A DNA stretch of 64,000 bases from the NCBI GenBank assembly GCA_950097015.1, contig CATNEN010000034.1:4588001-4652000 (forward strand), given 5' to 3'. The notes under the pieces were generated by a model. The model was not told where the DNA came from, did no database searches, and saw nothing but the letters and a program-made list of their open reading frames with translations. The position numbers and the translations under genes were made by a program. Source of the stretch: Macrostomum hystrix. Lineage: Eukaryota; Animalia; Platyhelminthes. Shown here one piece after another: positions 39,901 through 50,285 of the stretch. The first letter of the stretch is position 1, and every line of letters begins with the position of its first letter.

Positions 39901-41009
39901 GAGTCATAACCCCGAAATGGGGGCAGACAAAATCTAGGCGCACAGGTAGGCAAAGAAAGTGAAAGCTTACACCTTATGAAAGGGAATCAATGAAAGAATT
40001 TGTTAAAGAAAGGAGAGGGGAGGGGTAGGAATACACGAGCCGTGTAATCAACTTTGAACGAGCTGCACAGACGATAGCATACGCAACAAAGCAAATACAC
40101 AACAAATGATTAAGACACATGCACGCAAGCCCTTGAGCACAGACGAAGCATGATTATGGAGAAAATGATGAGGTCATTTTCTCTTCCCAGTGCCAGTCGA
40201 AATTCCCCTGGCGTTTTCGATCCCAGATTTATCGTCAGCGCTAACCAGAGGCAGCATATTAACAATATTGGCTGACTCACCTGGCAGTTTCCAGCTGCAA
40301 AGCTGAGCGAAGATAGAATTGATATAGATTGACACAGCTGTTTCTGTCGTTCTTTTCCTTATCGCTGGCTTACTGGGCCCCAATTTCCTTGCGTTTTGGG
40401 CTGCACAACTTTTTGGTGACAAAAAATGATGTCTTCGGTTTTTGTCCCGAAGTTCAATACAAACGACCAGTGCAGTGCAGAAACCGTGATTGCGTGACTC
40501 AGCTGGCTTCTGTGAGATCAGCTTTGAGCAAAAGGAAGCTGTGAGCCGCTCGTTAGAAATGGAGAGCTTGTGTGATGAGGAGTGAAGCGGTCCGCAAGCG
40601 GGCTGATAAAAATTAGAGGGGAATGGGCACGGAGGCGGGGTTGCCGTAGGGAAAGGGACGCAACGGGGTTGGCGACGAGGGAAAAAGAGGGAGTGGGTGG
40701 AGGTGAAGTTGAGGGCGAATCGCAGCACACGGCGACTGGTTATGGCTGAGGAGCAAAGCGGGGAGAGGGTGGAAGGCTTGAACCGCCACTCATGGCCCAC
40801 TCCAACATGGCCACAAACTCTCACATCAAATACGCACTCTGAACTGGACAAGAGAGCGACAATAGAGGGAAGCTAGCTGGGAAAGATGACGAAACCAGAA
40901 ACAAAGAGTGAGACAAAAGTAGCTTTTAGCGACGACTTGTGTTTAGCCTCCTCCCATTGAGTTCATTGTTGTTTTTAAAGCTTCTTATACCTACTCGTGG
41001 AGTCAATCG

Positions 41010-41668
41010 TCAAAAGTTCCTCATTCGACATTCGACAATTTTATCATATATTCTAAACTGAACCTGGAAAGCAGAGAGGTTAGATGAAGACACGCATAGG
41101 GCCCACCCATCAATTACAACAAGAACTTGGCCTGGAGCGACAGCAAAATCGGAACCGGCCCGCGGGGGAGACCGACAGGAGGAGAATCGATCGTGGTGGA
41201 CATCGAACCCTAGGACCACGAGATGAGGCGGAGCCGGCCTGGACCTCACCTGGAGACGAGAGCTGGAGAAGGCCTGGACCGCAAACGATGACCCGATTGA
41301 TGAGGGGAGAGGGGTTGGTGCGCCTACCAACCAAGTAGTTTAACGTTTGGCGCTGTGCTAGGCTCGGGGCTACGACCCCAATCTTCACAAACCATCTTGC
41401 GTAATGTTGCCAAGAACTTAACACCACCCAGGAAAGGAGGGGTTTGAAATGAAGATGTAAGGCAGTGGGGCGCGAAAGCTTTCCACCTCCGCGATCTTAG
41501 AGAGGTGGAACTCCAGAACTCCAGAGTTTGAACTCCATTAGGTTTGCCAATTAGAAAATAAATTGTGTCTGTGTTCTTTCTTGGTCTGAACTCCGATCAC
41601 CGAGGTGAGGATCCAGAAAAGATTGTGACCACCAGCAGTGTTAATGAGTATCGATAGTCGTGATTACA
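41010..41668 (+). mobile_element. Possible 3' remnant of an LTR retroelement (purine tract plus ~213-bp LTR-like segment 41456-41668)
   Basis: AGGAAAGGAGGGG at ~41430, TGTAA...TTACA termini, AATAAA at 41557 followed by a GT-rich tract, and a 9-bp hairpin at 41481-41510. No recognisable pol domain and no target-site duplication. Confidence 0.3.
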
Positions 41669-44600
41669 GTTATAGGCTTCGAGTCACTGAGACTGCCACT
41701 ACACCGCTAGACTACCAATAGAAACCAAGAACCTACTCTAGGAACAAGGATCAGAGAGAGACACCCAAACTTGAAGAGCCATAATCAATTTCTTCTCCTT
41801 TTCCTATTCTTAACAGTTTGAAAACCAAACAAATAATAATTTACTTTCTCAGCATCAATTATTTACCATACTGATTTCGGAGAATGGGGCATGTTTAAAT
41901 TATCAAATAATATTAGCCAATGCCAGAACCCGGGAGTGCAACTGGCGCCAACTGGGCAACTGTCAATCTATTAAGAAGCATTGCGGCGCTAGGATAACCC
42001 TAGCAGAACCACCACTTTCACTATCCCACTCAGCCAGAAAGACCGGGTTTTTAGCAACTTCCGCAACCGCTGACTGACGGAATGCCACCAGAGTGCTAGG
42101 ATGCTTAGCTAGACTATAAGCGCATGAGAGAGAAGGAAACTGCGGAGAGGAGCTAATAAATTGGTAGGCCTTGTCCTGGCGCTGAGTTGCGCGCCAGATA
42201 GTCTGCTGCCATGTGTGTTTGTGAGTCTGGAACGCTATTAAACTGGATTCTATTGTGGAGCTACAATGTGTTCACAAATTTTACACTTCCGGCATTGCAC
42301 TCAATAGCATGGCTATGGACCATATTAAATTCTCACGCAATCGCAGAGACACTACAGAAAGGGAGCTTCACATCGGCTTATCACTACTTAGTAAGTAGAC
42401 TATTAAGAGCTGGTCCAAGATCGACTAGAGAATAATCTTAATTTTGGTTGTGCAACAGTTTAGGGAATACGCACAAGCAGTGGCCAAGGGGCACGTTCTG
42501 GTAGAGAGCTAATAGGAGTGCCATGTCTGCGCGCTCGCCTCATAGTCTACAAATTTGATTATTTTCTACTCAGTTCTTTGTGATGCGCCAAAGCCAGTGA
42601 AACGTAGCGGTAGATCTAGGGCAATTGCGATGAAGGCGAGAGGCAGAGACGAAAGTGCACACTACTCCACACTACTCAGCGATCAGCCAGCCAGTTAGCT
42701 TATTTAATAGTGCAAGATAATAGGTGATGGCTTGAACCCGATCGGTGGCTAGCACAGATGGATCGATGTACTCGTAAATAACTGCCGTCTATCCTTGATA
42801 AATTTCCAAAAAGTTCAATATGATTGAAGCGTTAAATCTACATTAAGCCTAGGACTAGGAGTACATCATATTCTTGCAATTCTAATGTTTCAAGATCCGA
42901 TTCATGACGACATTTTCTGAAACAAGTATGTCTAGCTATTATGCTGACAGCCCGACCAGAAGAAAATAAATAGCAAGCGAATTCACGAGACGCACCACAC
43001 ACTCTTTCTGCTCTCCTAAAAATATTCAGGAGCCAAATCAGGAGTCCAGGCTATTTCCTGTCAAAGAAGGTATATAGCATTCTGAAAAGCAAAGACACGC
43101 ATGAATCTGGCAAAGTAGCTCAAACTTACGAGCGTAGTGTCGGGTGTGGTATTTCGATCATTCTCTTTTGTTAAGTCTAGCCAGCATTGCGTAGATCTTC
43201 ATTTGTAAAGGAAGTGGCAAAATTTGTGCAAATCGCCTAAATTGCAGTAATGGCGCATTATTCTAATGATTTCCTAGATGAATTGCTGTGTTACATCTGC
43301 AGATTGGGAAACTCAGTCAGAGCCCCAGGCTTGTTGATAACTTTAAGGGATCCTTAGGCGCAAGCTTCGATACTCGCTAGGTGAATTGAGGCAAGAAAAA
43401 TAAGACTAGTTTGTTTGCACATTCTTATCAGGCCTCGACCCTGGGGAGGGGAGCCTACACACAGAGGTGCTTGGGCCAATCAACCAGAGCGAGATAAAGC
43501 CGTGGAACAAGAAATATTAAGGAAGAGAAAATAGTTTTAACGTTTTCAAGCATAATTTAATGTGCTTTTTGGGGGCACCGAGCATAGTCCAAATGGGTGG
43601 CCTATCGTCCCCTTACTATACTTTTAGCTGCAATGTGGGGCAGAGTGTACAGGAATGAGATTGAATTAGTATGAAAAATCAATGCATGAAAACATGCACT
43701 TGCACTAATATGCAGTTGCATAACTTCAAACACTGCTACTAAGCATTAGTAAACTGTGTATAATACCTACATCCACAAAGTTATTTTATTAAGTAACTTT
43801 CTTGCTGATCCAATTAATGAAAGCATATAAATAGCCCTTATTGGAATACAATTTCAGATCCTGCGGAAATGCAGCACATGCTTATAAGCTTTATGCTTTA
43901 TGTGTGGACAGTTATAGCAAAACAGCTAAATGTAAACTAAATATACACTAAATATAACGAATTTTCTTGTGGCTTGGCAAGGCACCAAACTTTGACACAT
44001 TTTGCGGTGGAAAGTCATTTGCTATACATGCATTTATTCCAATAGGGTAAATAGCTTCCTAAATCAATTATTAATTGAAAAAAGTGCATCTGTTTTCTTT
44101 TTTTTCTAATTACCCTTGTACTTTAAATAATTTTATCATTGTCTTTTTTCTGTTCATGCATTTATACAAAACAGGTTTAAAGATCAAGTGGAATGCAGAA
44201 ATTGAAAGCATTGAAAACATTAAAAAATTGTTACACATGCTGAGAGCAAAAATCTAGACAAGTAAACAAAACTACACTATGGTTGGATACATAAAAAAAC
44301 TAGTGATTCCCCAATTTGCACTCTATATTTTTTCTTCTAATCAATGATTTTTTAATCTTTTGTTACAAAATATTAACAATAAGTCTAAATAAGTAGGTCC
44401 TATGAGAAATGACCAGCTAAAATGTGGCTTTAAATTTAGACTAATGAAATCGACAAATATATACAATGAATATGTTTTACTGCCAAAAATATTGCCACTT
44501 CATTAGTTTTTTATGCTAAAGCCTTGTTTTAAAACTTCTTAATGGGTTTGATGAAACTTAAGTTGTTGTAATTGTAAACAATATTGCTAATGGAAATTTG

Positions 44601-46118
44601 AATGGAAAATTACAATATGTTGCAGGTATGTTGCAGACACAGAATTTATGCAGTAAGGAGGATTTATTAATTGAAAAACAAGTAGTACTTATAGTTCAGA
44701 GTATACAGAAGGACATCATTATTGCTAAAAGTTTTTTGCATTGTTACTATTGCTATTCTTAATGGTCCAATATTTACTTTATATCCATTAGCCAGGGTTA
44801 CTTTACATGTCACAATCTTAATAATAAAGGGACAAGTTATTTTAGTGCTTAAAAGAGCTACTAAGTAGAGCTATGTTTTCAATAACAAAAGTTGACTATA
44901 ATTTGCTAGTCTTCAATATTACTATTACTTAAAATTTGTCATGGTTATAAGCTAATAAGAGACAGAAAATAGGGGCACTTTCATAAAGACAAAATACTAA
45001 TCCTTTTTTTAATTATTTAGGGCATAGTCACACAAAATGCTCAAATATTTAAAACTTTTAATTTCAAACAAGAAATATATTTTCATTTGATACTTCTTAT
45101 TGTTGGTAGGGTTGGGCCTTAAACAGGATTGCTAACTCTTTCTCCATCTAGATCTCTATCTCGATCTATTCTAGCTTTAAAATTTTTGTGGTTTCAGTAA
45201 GAGTTAAATCTAGACATGCACTTTCCACATATGGTCTAGCTCAACAATTTAAAAAATAAGTACAATGATATAAGATTATATAAATAATAAATGTTAAATT
45301 TTAGCCTTCTGAGTGAGTTAGGCCTAAATCAACTCAGTCATCATATAGGTCGGCGAAGTGTTAACACTATCGAAAAGTACTAAGACTTTCAAAAGCAAAC
45401 ATAAACATAAAGACGCCTTTAAATAAAAAACGATTATCAAACGGATCATTAATGAAAGTAGCTAAATCTTATCCAGCCAATGCTCATTTACCGAAGCCTT
45501 TTAATACGAATCTAGCCAGGTGTTAAAGTACATTAAATCCAATGTAGCTCTTCTTCTAAAAAGGCTCAGTATAAAACAGTGCAGGTATGGCATGTCTCCG
45601 TTCAAGTCCCATGCTTTATCTGTTTAAAAATAACGGACTGCAGAGAATCAAAAGAAAACAATAAATTCAACACAAGTATAGACCCAAACAAAGATGCGTC
45701 GTTAATAGTATTTTTTTGTTTATTCCAGTTTTTTCTAAAAGAAATTTTATGGCCTCGAAGTTATTTTAAATTCCGTGATTCTGATACATACTGATCTAAT
45801 GTTAATGCAAGTCGCACACTAAATTATTTACACAAGAATTAAAAAAGTCGTCATATAAACACCATGTCTCTTTATTATCGCCACACGAGTCTGAGCAGAC
45901 GATTAAGTGAAATTCTCTCATCCTCAGTACAGTGACTTAGCATAAATTATCTACTTTTTATTTGAATTAATTTAATATTGGAGATAATATAATAACGACA
46001 TATTTTGTGTAAAAACACAACCAATAATGTAAGCTCTTTCCAAAGATGGATCATGACAATGTCTATCATAGTTTAACCCACGATGTATTTACAGAGGGAT
46101 CGGGATTATTTTGGGAAT

Positions 46119-46161
46119 TATGTGCCGTTGCCCGCAGCCCTCCTGCAATTAATTTTATTAA
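46119..46161 (+). mobile_element. SINE 3'-terminal fragment, copy G
   Basis: TATGTGCCGTTGCCCGCAGCCCTCCTG plus AT-rich tail, equal to the 3' end of copies A and F. Such 3'-only fragments are what 5'-truncated retrotransposition produces. Confidence 0.7.
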
Positions 46162-47532
46162 TGCCCCCTACATACGCTACAAATTAACCCCCAAACCATG
46201 CAGGCAGAATTTATTGTTTCGTTGCTGGTGCATGATAGCTATCTTTAAAACACCACGGGTGTCGTCTCCAAAACTCGATAAATAACACCGCTAAAGCAGG
46301 CCACTTCCCAGGCTTTTGGGAAGTTTCTCGCTCACCAATACCCAGAAAGTACACAAGTATACAAGGAAGCGTCGTGACGTGGTTCCCTTCAGACGCATAA
46401 AAAAATGATGCACATCACCACCTTTATGGATCTGAAATAGCTCGATTTGGCGTCATTTTGCTGAGACGAATGATGATGAAGCCGTGCAAATTCAGAATGA
46501 GAAAAAGGCCTGACAACTCTAACAGCATGCATACACAACTAAAGCCTAGCTTTGAGCTCGTCTGTCCGATTGGACGAAGGTATTAACCTAAGCCATACTT
46601 TGATGAAGCCAGAGTCCTGCTCATGACCCCATCTCATCTAGCCTTGCTGCTGGCTCAATCTACTTTAATTAAACAAATGAAAACTGATTTGCATAATCAG
46701 TCACTGCTGCAAGCTTGAGAAGTGAGCTCATTGGCAGTCTCGAATGTAAGAGACAGTGCTCGGAGCAGCTGAGCAGCTGCCGGCTATTCTCTAAGACCAG
46801 ATCCCTTCTCTATGCTGCAGTCGCCTGTCTCACGAAAGCTAGGCTTGGCTCTGAAACTGTGCAATTAAAGATAAGCCGTGCTGATTAGGCACATTTTTTG
46901 TCGTCAGTCTTCTAACCTGCATCAATCTCAGTCACCATCGAAAAGAGGAGTCAATTGACCCGAACTAATTGAAAGATAATATTTGACACACGGTTGGCCA
47001 GGCCAAGGCTTGACATTTCAGGATTAACAAAACCGGAGGTCCACTGCTGATAATGGGGGCCTTAATTAGCCTGCTTCCGTCATTAAGTTGAAGCGATAAA
47101 CTGAGCGCAGCCTTCCCCAATCTCCCCTCACTTATTCTCCCATTCCATCCGCATCGGGGACTCAAGCTGGCACCATCCCCGACTCCCTTCTCTCCAACGA
47201 ATCCGACAGCCTGGGACTCAAAACTGGTTGTGGGGTGGCTGCGCTTGGGCTCGTAGTATTTGACTTTGCTCGCTAGCTCACGACGGGCTGAATTTCACTA
47301 ATTCTTGGGCCCTCCAGCTTCAGCAATTAAACCTACTCGTCTCAACTTCTGCGGTACGTATGCCTGTTCGATTTTATGCACCAAATTTTTACATTCCATA
47401 TAGAAGTTTGAGTACAATCTAGAAATTAGTTTTTACGGAAAAGTCTGTGCCAATGCTCATAAGACACCTGATAACAGGTGTTTTCTTACTCTCGCATGCA
47501 CCGACAATTGACCTGCTGTACCCAACACTGCT

Positions 47533-48175
47533 TGAATCCGTCACTCCCTGAATCCGTCACTCCCTGAATCCGTCACTCCCTGAATCCGTCACTCCCTGAA
47601 TCCGTCACTCCCTGAATCCGTCACTCCCTGAATCCGTCACTCCCTGAATCCGTCACTCCCTGAATCCGTCACTCCCTGAATCCGTCACTCCCTGAATCCG
47701 TCACTCCCTGAATCCGTCACTCCCTGAATCCGTCACTCCCTGAATCCGTCACTCCCTGAATCCGTCACTCCCTGAATCCGTCACTCCCTGAATCCGTCAC
47801 TCCCTGAATCCGTCACTCCCTGAATCCGTCACTCCCTGAATCCGTCACTCCCTGAATCCGTCACTCCCTGAATCCGTCACTCCCTGAATCCGTCACTCCC
47901 TGAATCCGTCACTCCCTGAATCCGTCACTCCCTGAATCCGTCACTCCCTGAATCCGTCACTCCCTGAATCCGTCACTCCCTGAATCCGTCACTCCCTGAA
48001 TCCGTCACTCCCTGAATCCGTCACCCCCTGAATCCGTCACCCCCTGAACACGTCACTTCCCAGAATCCGTCACTCCCTGACTCCACCACTTCCTGAATCC
48101 GTCACTCCCTGAATCCGTCACTCCCTGAATCCGTCACTCCCTGAAGCCGTCGCCCTCCGAATCCGCAACTCCCTG
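47533..48175. repeat. Minisatellite, 16-bp unit TGAATCCGTCACTCCC, ~40 copies
   Basis: Direct reading. Confidence 0.98.
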
Positions 48176-49037
48176 GACATATCACCCAGGGTGTAGTGAA
48201 TTGTGAACCCACGACAAGGCTAAATGATAGATTTCAATAAAGCAGAGTTGGAATTGGGATTCGTTCTTAACAGTCAGAATCCGATATGACTGATGAAGAA
48301 CATTTAATTATCGCAAGGCCCGATTCATCCAGTCAAAAAAATTCTATTGTTTTTCCGTCAAAGAAAAGCATGACGCTGCAGGCTATGTAAAAAGCGATTT
48401 CTAAAAACAGCAACAGCAGCAGCAACTCAAGTATAGGAAACGAATTCATCAGTGAAATATTTCCCCCTCAGCATTAAAAAGCAAGCAATCTCTGTGTGCT
48501 CAACTGGCTTCTGTTTAACCAGTTAGCCTGGAGCGAGTTCCCAGCCTCCTCTTCATCCAGTCTCACCTTGGAAAATGCGCCACCTGACTATATTGCAGCC
48601 TGATCGATTTCTTCATTCCCACGCCCCGTCCCCTCTGTTTCCCATCCACCAGCAGGCAGTGTCGGGGTCTCTGTTGGGGTGAGGCATGAGGAGGTGAGGC
48701 TGTCCCCGCAGCCTATATTTTGCCTGCTTGCTTGCACCAGCTTCCAGCGGCAAAGAGAGAAATGAGTTACTGTAGCTCTGCTCATGCAGGCTGCGGGGAC
48801 GGCACACGGTGGGGACCTGCCTCAAACGATCCATTGGGCCTCGCATTCAACCCCAAGCAGACCCATTGTTTTACTTCTTGTTCCCAGCTCCACATTCCCC
48901 ACTCCGCCGCTCTGTCCTCCTCTCTTTGCTTCTCTTCTCCGCTTGTCTTTCTAAACCCGATTGCCTCTCCCACCGGCTTCTGTTAATGCGAGAGCTCTTC
49001 CCGCCGCACTCCACTTCCCAAAAGCCCGAAGTTTTCG

Positions 49038-49045
49038 TATAAATA
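49038..49045 (+). promoter_or_regulatory. Candidate TATA box (TATAAATA) 87 nt upstream of the PTBP ATG
   Basis: Sequence match and position only; a second CATAAATA follows at ~49049. No transcript evidence. Confidence 0.35.
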
Positions 49046-49124
49046 CAGCATAAATACGTGAGCACCAGAGCACCCTCTTCGTCTCGCCTCACCTCAGCTC
49101 TCTGTCCAACCTTTCAACAGACCC

Positions 49125-49478
49125 ATGGCTGCCTACATTACATCCAACCTTGACTACAGCCACCAACAGCAGCAGCAGCAGCAGCAGCAGCAGACAAACC
49201 ACCAGGCGGCGACAGTAGCAGCAGCCGCAGCCGCAGCCGCCGCAGCCGCCAACGCACCAGTGAGCGCAGCCGCAGCAGCAGCCGCCGCAGCTGCCATGTT
49301 CCCCTACAGCCAGCTGGCTGCCTTTGCCACGCCTCACGGCTTGCAGGCCGGTCTGCAGCCTCCACCGTCTGGACATTCTGGCCACATTCCCATCAGCACT
49401 TTCCTGTACATTCCAAGTGCACAGGCTGCGCTGAGCAGCATGAGCAGCATGAGCAGCATGCCTACTGCTCAACTCAAG
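49125..49478 (+). CDS. PTBP1: PTBP-family gene, coding exon 1 (118 codons; Q/A-rich N-terminal extension ending ...TAQLK)
   Basis: ATG in ACCCATGG context, open frame to donor CTCAAG|GTGAGA, phase 0. Joins exon 2 to give LK|RGPDD, matching TK|RGSDE of vertebrate PTBP1. The exon itself has no recognisable homology, so the assignment rests on the junction. Confidence 0.75.
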
Positions 49479-50285
49479 GTGAGATTGTCGTCTGTCTCAT
49501 TTTTTAACGCCATCACAGACGACAGAGGTCATGTTTTTGTGTATTGGGCAGCATCTATCCCTATTTTGTTGCTCTATTTTCCTTGGCGCAGTGAGTAAAT
49601 GGGCTGTTGCACAGTTCTCAGCATTTCCAATTGGCTTCATCCACTTGTCTCCCTCCGGCAACATCTCCTGTTCTCTTCCTCATTCCCTTTTAGCTGCGTC
49701 TTTTTCAAACTCTACCTTTGCTTTTGGGCTTCATCATCCGCCCGGCTTGCCGCCGCAATTATTGACTACGGGAGGGCAACAAAAAAGAGGGGAAAAGTTG
49801 GACAGGTTGGCGGGTCACCGGTTGGGATGAGGGGAGCGAAAGATGAGCGGTGAGAATAGCGGAGAGGAAAATTGGACCATTTCGACTAGATTCATGGATA
49901 GGAGTGAGGTGGGTGACTGACCACGCCCGAGCTTCCACGTGATTTCTTCTCAAAATGCTTCAAACCGCTCGAAATGGCGCGGGTCCGAGTCCGTGGTGAA
50001 TCTCTGACGCCTCTCTTTGCTGTTTCACTTTTTGGGGCCGATGGAAATTTGGAACTGGGCGCCCGTGGCATTCATTTCCACGGTTGAACGCACTCGCTGA
50101 GGCACGGCTGTTTCGCCGATCGCAGCAATCCTGCTAGACCTGAACGAATCTTTTTCTGCGATTTTCTCAGCCGACTGAACTTGAGAAAAATATTAATTGA
50201 AAAAACCTCAAAGCATTTTATGTCGATGCTTTATGTGGACTTAACACTCTGTATTCCCAAAAACTGCTATTCCAGAGCACAACAA

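Noticed and set aside
40174-40851. 225-aa minus-strand ORF in non-repetitive sequence
   Set aside because: No recognisable domain, starts at a non-ATG codon, and ORFs of this length can arise by chance in GC-richer DNA. A BLASTP or RNA-seq hit would reverse this.
43550-46050. AT-rich block as a decayed DNA transposon
   Set aside because: No terminal inverted repeats, transposase fragment or second copy visible by eye.
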